In this document: in pieces, positions 10,874-21,475 of the stretch | Position numbering within the stretch: position 1 is the stretch's first letter | Layout: each line of letters opens with the position of its first letter | Source: Halobacteriales archaeon QH_7_69_31 | Lineage (GTDB): Archaea; Halobacteriota; Halobacteria; Halobacteriales; Haloarculaceae | Direction: 5' to 3' | DNA: 64,000 nucleotides | Assembly (NCBI GenBank): GCA_003021745.1 | Contig: PXQY01000072.1 | Span: forward strand, 2,150 to 66,149 | Made by a program: the position numbers and the translations under genes | The notes under the pieces: generated by a model | The model's input: the letters and a program-made list of their open reading frames with translations, nothing else | Database searches by the model: none | What the model was told of the DNA's origin: nothing

Positions 10874-11953
10874 TTACCAGGTCCCGTGGAAGGTGTCGAA
10901 TTCGAGGGCCTCGAGCGGTTCCTCGCCGATGGCGATCCGGTACTCCTGGGGCGTCACCATCGGCCGGTCGAACTGCGGGCCGTCGTCGGTCGTGATCCGG
11001 GGACAGCCGGTGTTGACGTAGGCGTCCAGCCCGAAGTTCCGCAGCCGGTCCGGCGTCACCTCGTCCATCGTCAGGAGGTAGGCGTCGTCGTTCTGTCTGA
11101 CGATCTCCCGTGCGGTCTCCCAGCGACCCTGCCCGATCTTCGTACAGAAGATGACGCCCCACTCCTCGGCGTCCATCGCCCGGTGGACCGCCCCGTAGCG
11201 TTGCTTCACGAACGTCTCGGTGTCCGCGACGGAGACGACGTTGTTGACGGGGTCGGCGATGACCACCTCCGTGTCGGGGTGTTCCATCGCCAGCCCGAGC
11301 GGGTGGAACTTGCCGCCGCCGACGTAGAGAACGTGGTCGGCGTCGACGTCCGCCGAGGCGTAGTTGCACCCGAGCACCTGGCCCTCGTGGGTCAGCCGCT
11401 CGTCACCGCGTCGGGTCTGGACGCGGTAGCCGCGCGCCTCGAGCCACGACCGCATTTCGTCGAACCGGTTCATGTGCTGGGCGGTCGTCACGAGGCCGAC
11501 GGCCGGCCGGTCGCCACTCTCCGGGTCGGCGTCGGGCGCGGGCGCCGGGAGTTCCGCGAGCGCCTCGCGCATGATCGGCGTCACCTCGACGTTGGAGAAC
11601 AGCGGCACGTAGATGATCTTCTCCGACTCTTTCATCGGTGAGTGGCCGAAGTGGACGAAGACGTCCGTCCGCCGCATGAGATACGTGTCCAGGTCGCAGG
11701 CGCCGTAACACGGCTTCCCGGAGATCATCACGTCGACGCCGTCGGGCAGGGCGGCCCGGAGGTCGTCGGCGACGCGCGGTCCGCGCCGCTTCAACCCCTC
11801 GGGGAACTGGAGGCCGACCGTGTCGGCGGCCCGCTCGTCGACCGCCCGGAGGATTCGGTCGAGTTCGTAGTCCCACGTCCGGTCGTGTTTCAGGGACATG
11901 CCGGTCGACCGGAGGTCGCCCGCGGCGTACTCGGCGTCCGGTTCCCGACTCAT
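10874..11953 (-). CDS. dph2: Diphthamide biosynthesis enzyme Dph2
   Basis: GLQFPEGLK, PCYGACD, HFGHS, GQVLGCN, TGCPRI motifs. Confidence 0.95.
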   Translation of the reverse strand: MSREPDAEYAAGDLRSTGMSLKHDRTWDYELDRILRAVDERAADTVGLQFPEGLKRRGPRVADDLRAALPDGVDVMISGKPCYGACDLDTYLMRRTDVFVHFGHSPMKESEKIIYVPLFSNVEVTPIMREALAELPAPAPDADPESGDRPAVGLVTTAQHMNRFDEMRSWLEARGYRVQTRRGDERLTHEGQVLGCNYASADVDADHVLYVGGGKFHPLGLAMEHPDTEVVIADPVNNVVSVADTETFVKQRYGAVHRAMDAEEWGVIFCTKIGQGRWETAREIVRQNDDAYLLTMDEVTPDRLRNFGLDAYVNTGCPRITTDDGPQFDRPMVTPQEYRIAIGEEPLEALEFDTFHGTW

Positions 11954-12067
11954 CGCGTCCGGCTTGGAAACCGCGGCGTAAAACGTGCGCGCTTCGACCC
12001 CGATCAGTCGTCACCCCCGGCTCCCGGTTCCGGCACGCCTAAACGTCCGACGCTGCAAGGGTCGATG

Positions 12068-12463
12068 ATGAGCATCGAGACGGACCCCGAATCCGACCGC
12101 GCCGGCGACGTCGAGGCCCTCGCCACCGACCTCGGCGAGGCCATCACCGACCTCCCCGTCTACGATGAGTACCTCCACGCGAAGGAGGCCGTCGAGGCCG
12201 ACCCCGACCTCCAGGCGGAGATCCGGGCCTTCGAGCGGCGCCGCGAGGAGTTCCTCGCGGCGCGGCAGGCCGGCGACGCCACGAACGAGGACCTTCGGGA
12301 ACTCCAGCGGACCCAGGAGGCGCTGCACGACCGCCCGACGATGGCCGAGTTCCTCGAGGCCAAGTCCGAACTACAAGGCCGCCTCCAGGAACTCGACGAA
12401 CTCGTCTCCGAGCCGCTGGCGGTCGAGTTCGGCCGGACCGCCGGCGGCTGCTGTGAGGACTGA
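12068..12463 (+). CDS. YlbF-family protein
   Basis: Helical acidic protein ending GGCCED; typical neighbour of haloarchaeal dph2. Confidence 0.8.
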   Translation: MSIETDPESDRAGDVEALATDLGEAITDLPVYDEYLHAKEAVEADPDLQAEIRAFERRREEFLAARQAGDATNEDLRELQRTQEALHDRPTMAEFLEAKSELQGRLQELDELVSEPLAVEFGRTAGGCCED

Positions 12464-12522
12464 CACGGGCTGCGAGTCGACGGACCGCGGCGCTTAAGCC
12501 GGCCGCCGCGCCACACCCAACC

Positions 12523-13353
12523 ATGCCCGTCCACTCCGACTGGGGCGAGTGGCTCCCAAGGGCGGTCGCCCGGGCCGACCCCGAGGGGGTCCGGCTGTGG
12601 TACCTCGGCTGCAACGGCCTCGTCCTGAAGGCAGCCGACGGCACCACCGTCTTCGTCGACCCGTACCTCGGGTCGGGCGACCCGCCGCGGACGATCCGGA
12701 TGATCCCCGTTCCGATCGACCCGACCGACGTCGCGCGGGCCGACGCCCTCTTCGTGACCCACGAGCACACCGACCACGTCCACGCGCCCTCCCAGGCGCC
12801 CATCCTCGAGCGGACCGACGCGACCCTCTACGGTCCCTCAACGTCGGCTGCTATAGCCCGCGAGTGGACGACCGACTACGACCTCGAGGAAGGGGACGTC
12901 CGGGAGGTCGCCGAGGGCGAGACTGTCGAGGTCGGCAGCTTCGACGTCCACGTCGAGCCGGCGGTCGACCCCGACGCCAGCCACCCCGTCGCCTACGTGT
13001 TCGAACACGACAGCGGGACCCTGTTCCACGGGGGCGACGCCCGCCCGAGCGACGCCTTCGCGGACGTCGGCGAGCGGTACGACATCGACCTCGGCGTCGT
13101 CGCGTTCGGCTCCGCGGGGATGATCCCCGACGAGGACACCGGCGAGCCCACCCACACCCGGTGGTACGCCGACGAGAACGCGGCCGCCCGTGCCGCCCGG
13201 CAGCTGCGGCTCGACCGGCTGGTCCCCACCCACTGGGACATGTGGAAGGGCCTGACCGCCGACCCCGCCGCCCTCCGGCCGCACGTCCGGAGCTTCGAGT
13301 ATCCGCGGCGCCTCGAGGTGCTCGAGATCGGCGACGCCACCGCCCTCCGATGA
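12523..13353 (+). CDS. Metallo-beta-lactamase-fold hydrolase (UlaG-like)
   Basis: WYLGCNG, THEHTDH, HGGD, PTHWD motifs. Confidence 0.88.
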   Translation: MPVHSDWGEWLPRAVARADPEGVRLWYLGCNGLVLKAADGTTVFVDPYLGSGDPPRTIRMIPVPIDPTDVARADALFVTHEHTDHVHAPSQAPILERTDATLYGPSTSAAIAREWTTDYDLEEGDVREVAEGETVEVGSFDVHVEPAVDPDASHPVAYVFEHDSGTLFHGGDARPSDAFADVGERYDIDLGVVAFGSAGMIPDEDTGEPTHTRWYADENAAARAARQLRLDRLVPTHWDMWKGLTADPAALRPHVRSFEYPRRLEVLEIGDATALR

Positions 13354-13401
13354 GTGGTCCGGACAGGATAGTTTTATGACGCTGAGCACAGACGTGGAGG
13401 T

Positions 13402-15042
13402 ATGTCAGACCACGAGTCCGACGAGCCTCTCACCACGACACACGACGAGGTGACAGTCGAGAAGCGGTTCGAACCGGACGACTTTCCCGTCCCCGCCATC
13501 GCCTTCACGATCACCTCCGAGCGGGACGAGGCGGTCACGGTCCAGTTATCCGACACCGTGCCGGATGACACCCCGACGGAGGACATCGGCTTCCACCCGG
13601 ACTACGGCGCCGAACAGTGGGACGTCGAGGGCGATGCCATCGTCTTCACCCGCGAGTTCGAGCCACAGGAGGAGTTCGTCACCGTCTACGGGCTCCGGGG
13701 GACGGACGCCAGTGACCCCGAACGGTTCCTCACGGAGCCGGAGCTTTCCTCCGTCGACGCCATCGAGGGCGACTCCGGGGACGACGTCGGCTCCGGCCCG
13801 GGCGACGGCCCGACAGCAGAATCGGGCGCCGCCGAGGAGGCCGGAGCGGACGTCGACGAATCAACTGCGACCGAGTCGGATGCCGGAGCGGACGTCGACG
13901 AACCAGCCGCGACCGAGTCGGACGCCGGCGCGGACGTCGACCACGACCCCGAGGTCGCCGAGGGACCGGAGGCCACCGCCGACGAAGACGACCCCAGCCT
14001 CGACATCGATCTCCCCGGGCCCGACGACGCGGTCGCCGACGACCCGGCCGAGACCGAGATCGAGGACGACGCCGGTGCGGCGAGCGATTCCGGGGCGTCC
14101 GCCTCAGCGCCGGCGGCGGACGGAGACGAACCGCTCGCCGCCACGCTGGCCGAGGAGATCAGCGAGGGGAGAGTCGACGACGCGGACCTCGCCGAACTCC
14201 GGGATGCCCTCGGCGTGACGGCCGAGGACAGTACGAACGCCCGCATCGAGCACCTCCAGACGACCGTCGCCGATCTCGAGGCCTACACCGACGCCATCGA
14301 GGAGTTCCTCGACGAGGAGGGCGATGCCCAGGCCGTCCTCAGGGACGTCAGGAACAACTACCAGTCGACCGTCGACCGGTTCGACGACCTTGCGGCCGAC
14401 ATCGACGACGTCCGGGCCGATCTTTCGGTCGACCTCGAGGATCTCCGGCAGGACGTGGCGATGGTGGAGGACGATCTCTCGGCCGACGTCGAGGAGCTTG
14501 GGGACGATCTCGCGGCCGCGGAGGACGACCTGGCGGCCGACGTCGAGGGCCTGCGGGACGACCTGGCGGCGGCGGAGGACGACCTGGCGGCCGACGTCGA
14601 GGACCTCCAGGACGGTCTCGCGGCCGCGGAGGACGACCTGGCGGCCGACACGGAGGACCTCCGGGATGACCTGGCGATGGTGGAGGACGACCTGGGGGCC
14701 GACGTCGAGGATCTCCGGGACGATCTCGCGGCGGCAGAGGACGATCTTGCGGCCGACATCGGGGACCTCCGGGACGACCTGGCCGACGTCGAAGCGGAGG
14801 TCACCGAGGCCACCGAGGAACGGATCGAGGCCCTCGAGGGCGACATCGAGGCTATCGAGGCGGAACTGGCCGACGTCGCCGAGCTGCGGGACCGCCTCGT
14901 GGACGCACTCGGCGGGATGGCCGGGGCCGGCGCGGACGATCAGCAAACGACCGGGGACACGACGGTCGGCGGCGACGGGGCCGACGACGAGACCGGCGGG
15001 GACGACGACGCCGGCGGGACGGGCATAGATCAGGTCGACTGA
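13402..15042 (+). CDS. Highly acidic coiled-coil protein with 18-aa tandem repeats
   Basis: Globular N-terminal domain, acidic linker, repeated DVEDLRDDLAAAEDDLAA units. Confidence 0.8.
   Translation: MSDHESDEPLTTTHDEVTVEKRFEPDDFPVPAIAFTITSERDEAVTVQLSDTVPDDTPTEDIGFHPDYGAEQWDVEGDAIVFTREFEPQEEFVTVYGLRGTDASDPERFLTEPELSSVDAIEGDSGDDVGSGPGDGPTAESGAAEEAGADVDESTATESDAGADVDEPAATESDAGADVDHDPEVAEGPEATADEDDPSLDIDLPGPDDAVADDPAETEIEDDAGAASDSGASASAPAADGDEPLAATLAEEISEGRVDDADLAELRDALGVTAEDSTNARIEHLQTTVADLEAYTDAIEEFLDEEGDAQAVLRDVRNNYQSTVDRFDDLAADIDDVRADLSVDLEDLRQDVAMVEDDLSADVEELGDDLAAAEDDLAADVEGLRDDLAAAEDDLAADVEDLQDGLAAAEDDLAADTEDLRDDLAMVEDDLGADVEDLRDDLAAAEDDLAADIGDLRDDLADVEAEVTEATEERIEALEGDIEAIEAELADVAELRDRLVDALGGMAGAGADDQQTTGDTTVGGDGADDETGGDDDAGGTGIDQVD
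14431..14784 (+). repeat. Intragenic 54-bp tandem repeat, about 6.5 copies
   Basis: Units start at 14431, 14485, 14539, 14593, 14647, 14701, 14755. Confidence 0.85.
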
Positions 15043-15243
15043 GGGCCGGCGCGTCGGTCGTTACCTGCAACGAGGACGACCCTGCTATCGGTCAACGGCA
15101 AACTCCGGGGTGGCCGGTCTGGCGAGCGGTCGAGCGATGAGTCCACTGCGCCGCCGACGCCGTCGTACCGGCGGCGTCACGCCACCTACGATCCGGCCGC
15201 AGGCCGACGGAACCGTTAGGCCCCCGGCGCCGGAATCGGGGGC

Positions 15244-17565
15244 GTGGACGACACCGTCGCCTGGCTCCGGGACCGCCCGTACTACGAGGACCAGATCCGT
15301 GCCCACGGGGTCACCCCGGGCACCGAAGCCGCCCACGGGGACCTGGCCGTCGACGACCGTCTGCAGTCCGCGCTCCGCGACCGCGGTATCCAGCGGCTGT
15401 ACGCCCACCAGGTAGACGCCGTTCGAGCGATCCGTGACGGCGACGACGTCGTGCTCGCGACCCCGACCGCCAGCGGCAAGAGCCTCGCCTACACCATCCC
15501 TGCGGTCGAACGCGCGATGGACGACCGTGCGACGACGCTGTACCTCGCCCCGCAGGTCGCGCTCGTCGACGACCAGGCCGCGACCCTCGAGGGGCTGGCC
15601 GCCGACCTCGGCTTCGGCAGCGGCGTCGACGTCGCCACGTACACCGGCCGCCAGTCCGCACGCGAGAAGGCCGCGATACGCGACGGCCAGCCGACGGTGC
15701 TTTGCTGTACGCCCGACATGCTCCACTACGCACTGCTGCCGCACGCCCGCCGGCTCTGGTCGTGGTTCTTCGAGCGGCTGGAGACCGTCGTCGTCGACGA
15801 GGTCCACGAGTACCGCGGCGTCTTCGGCAGCCACGTCTCGCTCGTGTTCCGACGGCTGGCGCGGCGCTGTGCGGAGTTCGGCGCCGACCCGGAGTTCGTC
15901 TGCTGTTCGGCCACCGTCGGCAACCCCCGCGAGCACGCCGCGACCGTCACCGGTCGGGACCCCGACGGCGTCCGGCTCGTCGATGCCGACACCAGCGAGA
16001 CCGGCCCGACCCACTGGCTGCTGTGGAACCCGCCGGAGTACGGCGACGACGGCTGGGGCGAGGCCGGCACCACCGGCGGCCGCCGACGGTCGAGTCACAC
16101 CGAGTCCGAGCGGCTGTTCTGTGACCTCCTGGCGCGGGGCCACCAGACGCTCGTGTTCACCGGCGCCCGCCAGACCGCCGAGCGGTACGCCAAAGCGAGC
16201 GCCGGCAGGCTCCGCGATCGCGGCGACCCCGAGCTGGCGGCCGGCGTCGAGGCCTACCAGGCCGCCCTCCCGGACGACCGCCGCCGGGAGATCGAGGCCG
16301 GTCTCGACGACGGCGAGGTCCGCGGGCTCTGGAGTACGAACGCCCTCGAACTCGGCATCGACGTCGGCGGTCTCGACGCCGTCATCCTCGACGGCTATCC
16401 CGGGACCCGGATGGCCGCCCGCCAGCAGGGCGGCCGTGCCGGACGCGGCACGGATCCGTCGCTCGTCGTCATAGTCGCCGGCGAGGATCAGCTCGACCAG
16501 TACCTCATGGGTGACCCCGAGACATTTTTCGATGGCGACCCGGAGCGGGCCGTCACCAACCCCGAGAACGAAAAGCTCATGCCCGACCACGTCCGTACGG
16601 CCGCCGCGGAGTCCTGGCTCCGCCCCGAGGACGACCGGTACTTCGGCTCGCGATTCCCCGACGTCGTCGCCCGCCTCACCGAGACGGGCCGACTCTCCCG
16701 GCGCGAGACCGACGACGGCATCCGGTGGCTCCACGACGGAGTGGACCCCCACCACGAGATGAGCCTCCGGGACGTCGACGACCGGAGCGTCCAGCTTCGC
16801 GGGCCCGACGGAGCGACGCTGGCGGAACTCCCCTTGCCGGACGCGCTCCGGGACGCCCACCCCGGCGCCATCTACCACCACCAGGGCCGGACCTACGAGG
16901 TGACCGACCTCGACCTCCGGGCGGACGTCGCCCAGCTCCAGCCGACCTGGGCCGACTACTTCACCCGCGTCCTCCACGACAAACGGATCACGGTCGAGGA
17001 GACCATCGCGTCCAAGCCCCTCCGGACCCGCGAAGACGTCACGATACATTTCGCGGACGTCGAGATGCGCAAGCAGATCACGGGGTTCCAGCGGTTCGAC
17101 GCCTCGACCGGCGAATCCCTCGGGACCGAGGAACTCGACCTCCCGGAAACAAGCCTTCGGACCCGTGGGTTGTTTTTGGCACTCCCCGCCGACGTCACGA
17201 ACGCACTCGAAGCGGGCGGGGACCTTCCGGGCGGCATCCACGCCGCCGAACACGCCACGATCGCGATGTTCCCCACGACCGTCCTCTGTGACCGCCGGGA
17301 CGTCGGCGGGCTCTCGACACCGCTGCACCCCCACACCGGAACGGCCACCGTCTTCGTCTACGACGGCTACCCCGGCGGCGTCGGCCTCGCCAGAACCGGC
17401 TACGAGCAGTTCACCGACCTCGCGACGACGACCCTGGAGATGCTTCGAGGCTGTCCCTGCGAGGACGGCTGTCCGAGTTGCGTCCAGTCGCCACACTGCG
17501 GGAACGCGAACAACCCACTCGACAAGGGGCTGGCGATCGAGCTTCTCGAGCGGCTCGTCGAGTGA
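15244..17565 (+). CDS. DEAD/DEAH-box helicase with DUF1998 Zn domain (Hrq1/MrfA-like)
   Basis: TPTASGKS, DEVH, SAT, TNALELGIDVG, QQGGRAGR, CPCEDGCPSC. Confidence 0.92.
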   Translation: MDDTVAWLRDRPYYEDQIRAHGVTPGTEAAHGDLAVDDRLQSALRDRGIQRLYAHQVDAVRAIRDGDDVVLATPTASGKSLAYTIPAVERAMDDRATTLYLAPQVALVDDQAATLEGLAADLGFGSGVDVATYTGRQSAREKAAIRDGQPTVLCCTPDMLHYALLPHARRLWSWFFERLETVVVDEVHEYRGVFGSHVSLVFRRLARRCAEFGADPEFVCCSATVGNPREHAATVTGRDPDGVRLVDADTSETGPTHWLLWNPPEYGDDGWGEAGTTGGRRRSSHTESERLFCDLLARGHQTLVFTGARQTAERYAKASAGRLRDRGDPELAAGVEAYQAALPDDRRREIEAGLDDGEVRGLWSTNALELGIDVGGLDAVILDGYPGTRMAARQQGGRAGRGTDPSLVVIVAGEDQLDQYLMGDPETFFDGDPERAVTNPENEKLMPDHVRTAAAESWLRPEDDRYFGSRFPDVVARLTETGRLSRRETDDGIRWLHDGVDPHHEMSLRDVDDRSVQLRGPDGATLAELPLPDALRDAHPGAIYHHQGRTYEVTDLDLRADVAQLQPTWADYFTRVLHDKRITVEETIASKPLRTREDVTIHFADVEMRKQITGFQRFDASTGESLGTEELDLPETSLRTRGLFLALPADVTNALEAGGDLPGGIHAAEHATIAMFPTTVLCDRRDVGGLSTPLHPHTGTATVFVYDGYPGGVGLARTGYEQFTDLATTTLEMLRGCPCEDGCPSCVQSPHCGNANNPLDKGLAIELLERLVE

Positions 17566-18411
17566 CGACGAGCCGCAGTAAGGGCCACACCGACCATCGG
17601 CATCCCCCGAAGGCGATCCGCCGCGACCTGGAGAGGGTTCCGAGCCGTCATTTGTGCTGATCTACGGCCGCAGTCGGGCCTCAAACCACCGGAACGGCTC
17701 GTAGCTTGGAACGTTCCTAGAAGTTGTGAATCGGTCGTATGATGCGTAGCTGACGGCCGCTCGCGACCGCCGAGAACTCGCTCCGACCCCGGAATTCGAA
17801 GTGAAATCAGCGAGTGCCGCGAACTACGTCAAAGAATTGGTAGAAACGGCCCTGCCACGACAGCGCCGCCGCTCACGACTCGGCGAGCACGAGCGCCGCT
17901 CAGACGACCGGCGGGTCGAGCCCCCGGCCCATCCGTTTTGTCAGCGTGACGGGAGAGCTAGATAGAATCGCCCCAGCGGCGCTCGCGCCACTGTTCACCG
18001 GGACGCTCGTCGGAGGGCGACAGGTGCAGGGAAAGCGCGATTGCGGCCTCGGAAGTCACTCACACAATCGTCGCTCAGCACCACTCAAAAGCGTTAGTTG
18101 GCCGCAGTAAACAGAAACTCTCTAGATTCATCACCGCTCATGGTTTCTCCGAGGCTCTTGTTACTGCCGACCGCTCCTAACCTACTGGAGCGTTATTCCT
18201 ATTTCCCCGACTGTCTATATAGGTTAGTAAAACTTGCTAATCTCACGCGCCCCAAGTGCGCTTCCCTTTAGGAGGGCGTGTTCAACAAGCGGATCCAGAA
18301 TGGTAGGAAGCCGGACGTGGGGCGGCATCACTTCTGTAGTACTGGTATTTGCCTGAAAAGATGATTGAGTAGTCTATTAGGACAAATTTTAAATAACCTC
18401 CATGAAATGGC

Positions 18412-19431
18412 ATGAGTATGCTTGACAATGGCAAGGTAAGTCGGAGACAGATTTTGAAAACCGGCGCTACAGCAGGCTTCGGTACAATGGTTATCTCAAC
18501 AGGGTCAAAAAGGGGTGCTGCTGGAAAGATGTCAGAACTCCCCTGGAATAAATTCCGTGATCGATATGCCAGGAAATATGGGTCTGGAGAAGCAGAAGCG
18601 GCAATTCCGTTATTGAAACAGGCACATAGGAAAGTTGTTGATAGCGAATTGAGTATGTACGGTGGTGGGGAGTTGTTTGCAGATATGATCGTTTCTAGTA
18701 GGAATACGCCCAATTTTACTAAAGATATATTAGACTACCGAGCCACCAGGGAAGCGGCATTTTCAGAAGAGCCGATTTACGAGAAGCATGAGCGGCCACC
18801 CGAAGCGAACGATATGTCCCAGTTATATGATCATGACGAAGCGGAGTGTTCTATTCATCCAGTGATATTCGGTCATAACGTTTCTATACGAAATTCCTAC
18901 GGACCACCCGGATCCACAAACGGATCATATGTTGAATTCGACGATAGAGATGGACGTATGGAACATACTACTGCACTTGCCTTTGGTGGAGGGGCGCTAG
19001 TACAAACAGAAATGTTCGGTCTATTATTGCCGGATGCCACTGAGCCTCATGAATTCGGTACCCTTGTTGAGAGGACCGGCCTCGTTCGGGATGGTGGCCG
19101 CGTAGCTGGCTCCGTATATCTGTACGATTACTCATCCAACTCAGGATCCGGGCAACAAGAAGAGGTGATAGCAGCTGGCCGACAAGTGGATGGTGTTGTT
19201 AATTATTCCCGAACTGAAACACTAGTCGAAGATGTCCTGTACAGAGTCGGCGTGCGAGTGCTCGGCGAAAGTCAAATTACTGCTTCATTGAATCCACTCG
19301 ATTACATAAATAACACGATTATCTCAGGAACAATTTTTGGAAGCGATGACTCTAATAATCTGGGTTTCTTTATGGTCGGTGACAATTTCCGCGTGAAGGA
19401 TGAGGATTGCATTATAGCTAACGCAAATTAA
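18412..19431 (+). CDS. Tat-secreted protein of unknown function, low GC
   Basis: SRRQILK twin-arginine signal; 339-aa ORF with atypical AT-rich codons. Confidence 0.75.
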   Translation: MSMLDNGKVSRRQILKTGATAGFGTMVISTGSKRGAAGKMSELPWNKFRDRYARKYGSGEAEAAIPLLKQAHRKVVDSELSMYGGGELFADMIVSSRNTPNFTKDILDYRATREAAFSEEPIYEKHERPPEANDMSQLYDHDEAECSIHPVIFGHNVSIRNSYGPPGSTNGSYVEFDDRDGRMEHTTALAFGGGALVQTEMFGLLLPDATEPHEFGTLVERTGLVRDGGRVAGSVYLYDYSSNSGSGQQEEVIAAGRQVDGVVNYSRTETLVEDVLYRVGVRVLGESQITASLNPLDYINNTIISGTIFGSDDSNNLGFFMVGDNFRVKDEDCIIANAN

Positions 19432-19441
19432 TATACAATCA

Positions 19442-19467
19442 TTGTCCACTTTCGACAATGTGGACAA
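19442..19467. other. Inverted repeat just after the stop codon (possible terminator or processing hairpin)
   Basis: TTGTCCAC-N10-GTGGACAA. Confidence 0.4.
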
Positions 19468-19670
19468 ATTTACAATCATCACAACCGTAGAGAGAGGTCA
19501 CGGTGGCGACAGGTACGTACTCGGCTTGCGGGCCCTGAAGGAGGCCGATGCAAATGTCTTGGTCAAATTCGGACATTAAAGGATCGGGAGTTCGCGCAGC
19601 CAGTGGCGTCGCGCGCGGTGCATGTAGGTACTACCTGACTCAGTTGTAATCAAGTCCTTCAATGGGTAAC

Positions 19671-20033
19671 TCATCCAGTTGAGGGGGATACTCGTTGTTG
19701 TTGTACTTTCGCGATGTAGCTCCCGAGAAGTCCTCCTACGCCGCCCAATAATAGGGCAAATAGTAACGCCATGATCCCCGCCCTCAGTACGAACCGAAAG
19801 AACCATCCACCAACACCGACTCGAAAATCAGATGGTATATCTAGAATGAAGATAGATAGCATCCCGATTACGTAGAATCCCCCCGTAATACCTCCAACTA
19901 TCAAGCCAAACACCCCTCCTGATTTCAGATCAGGGCCCTCTATATATCCCGAAATACCTCCCCCAAGGAGTGGTGTCCCGACCAGACTGACTGCTACTCC
20001 GATTACAGCATGAATCACCTTCCGCCGATGCAT
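19671..20033 (-). CDS. Small membrane protein (DUF5518-like)
   Basis: PLLGGGISGY...GG.FG..VG Gly-rich TM helices. Confidence 0.65.
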   Translation of the reverse strand: MHRRKVIHAVIGVAVSLVGTPLLGGGISGYIEGPDLKSGGVFGLIVGGITGGFYVIGMLSIFILDIPSDFRVGVGGWFFRFVLRAGIMALLFALLLGGVGGLLGSYIAKVQQQRVSPSTG

Positions 20034-20080
20034 AGTAAAGGCAAAATACCCTTTCCAATAAATGGTAGGGTGGCTTGAGA

Positions 20081-20220
20081 GGTCGCGTTAGGTAAGAGGA
20101 TGAGGCGGTCGAGGTTCGAGTGCTCTATGCCCAAATATGACCGCCTCAGGAATGCTATCGAGTGGATTGACTTGTCGTTTGTGGAGCGTTGGCGGACCCC
20201 CGGCGGGCGATTGAAGTGGC
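20081..20220 (+). mobile_element. IS6-family transposase 5' remnant
   Basis: ATG at 20127 reads MPKYDRLRNAIEWIDLSFVERWRTP, then frameshifts; resembles the haloarchaeal IS6 transposase N-terminus; TGAGGCGGTC/GACCGCCTCA inverted pair spans the start. Confidence 0.65.
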
Positions 20221-20440
20221 TTTTCTGATACGTCGGTGGTTTGGCCGGGGTCAGGTCACGCTCGGGCTCCGACGGTTCAACACCAGTTGACCGGCCGAAC
20301 CTATGTATGATTGCAGTCGTTCACAACATCCAAACGTTCCGATTTGATATAGCGTCATATGGTTTATACGTAGTGTAGTGGACTGAAACGTGTCGGTTAC
20401 AGCCGGTCAGAATCCCGCTGGACGAGCAATTCCGCTCGGA

Positions 20441-21475
20441 TCACAGCACCCGATAGATGTGGTCCTCGTATACCTCACGAACGCGGTCGCCCCAGTTGTG
20501 CGTGTAGGTATCGATGATGTCGGTCGCGACGTCGCCTCGGAGATACTTCACGATGCCCCTGTCACCGGTCCGGTCCCGGAGGTGCGTCGTGAAGAAGTGC
20601 CGGAAGTAGTGCGGTGTGACGTTCCCCGATGCGTCCCCGCCCGATCGGTACCAACCTTGGGTCTCGGCGTGGTCGACAACGAACGAGCGGACCATCGACG
20701 GCGTTGCACGCCTGCCCCACTCGGTCGTCGAACTGAACAGCGTTGGTGAGTCGGTGTCCGGCCGAATCGCAAGCCACGCCTTCAGCAGCCGTTTCAGCTC
20801 CGAATCGACCGGAATCACGGTGTCCCGCTTCCGCTTGTTCGAGGCCGTTCGCTCCTCGTCATTGTAGACAGACCCCCTCGAGGGGGCGCTCGGGACGAAC
20901 ACCGAGTCCGGCCGTCCGTCCAGCGCGCCGCGAGGTTTCGAGGGGTAGGCGTCCTGTACCTCCGGATCCTCGAGGTAGAGATCCCGGAGATCCAGGTTAC
21001 AACACTCACCCACCCGCATCCCGGTCTTCAACAACGTCCCGACGACGGCCCGCTCCAGCGGATGGCCGAAGGAGGCAAGAAATGCCCGCATCTCCGGGAC
21101 GGCTATTTCCCGTCTGGCCGGGTCGGCGTCGATGGACTCGTCCATCTCCTCGGTGACGAGCGCCATCGGGTTCGACTCGAAGACCCCGACCTGGGTCATG
21201 TACCCGTAGAACCGGTGGACGTATGAGGCGTAGGAAGCGACGGTGCTCTCCGCGTGGGTCCCGCGGATGGAGTGGACCCACTCCATGCACTCCCGGCGTG
21301 AGGCAGCCTCGAGCCGTGTCTTGCGGGCGTCCAGGAACCCCTCGAACTCCCGGAGGACGCGCTCGTAGGCTGCCTTCGTCCGATCGCTTCGGCCGTGGAA
21401 CGTCATCTCCTGGAGGAAGTACCCGATGGGATCATCGTCCGGCGCCGGCGCCTCCGACTGGTCGTCAACCCCCAT
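20441..21475 (-). CDS. Tyrosine recombinase (XerA/XerC-like)
   Basis: N-terminal SAM-like domain; TGMRVGE (R), NKRK (K), TPHYFRH (HxxR), YLRGD, IIDTY (Y); start overlaps the upstream gene. Confidence 0.92.
   Translation of the reverse strand: MGVDDQSEAPAPDDDPIGYFLQEMTFHGRSDRTKAAYERVLREFEGFLDARKTRLEAASRRECMEWVHSIRGTHAESTVASYASYVHRFYGYMTQVGVFESNPMALVTEEMDESIDADPARREIAVPEMRAFLASFGHPLERAVVGTLLKTGMRVGECCNLDLRDLYLEDPEVQDAYPSKPRGALDGRPDSVFVPSAPSRGSVYNDEERTASNKRKRDTVIPVDSELKRLLKAWLAIRPDTDSPTLFSSTTEWGRRATPSMVRSFVVDHAETQGWYRSGGDASGNVTPHYFRHFFTTHLRDRTGDRGIVKYLRGDVATDIIDTYTHNWGDRVREVYEDHIYRVL

Noticed and set aside
15244-17565. DISARM/Druantia-type defence system from the DUF1998 helicase
   Set aside because: Domain order and motifs fit the stand-alone Hrq1/MrfA repair helicase; no methylase, DrmA or PLD partners nearby.
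20296-20360. Possible IS5-like transposase 3' end (MIAVVHNI)
   Set aside because: Too short and degenerate to support without a search.
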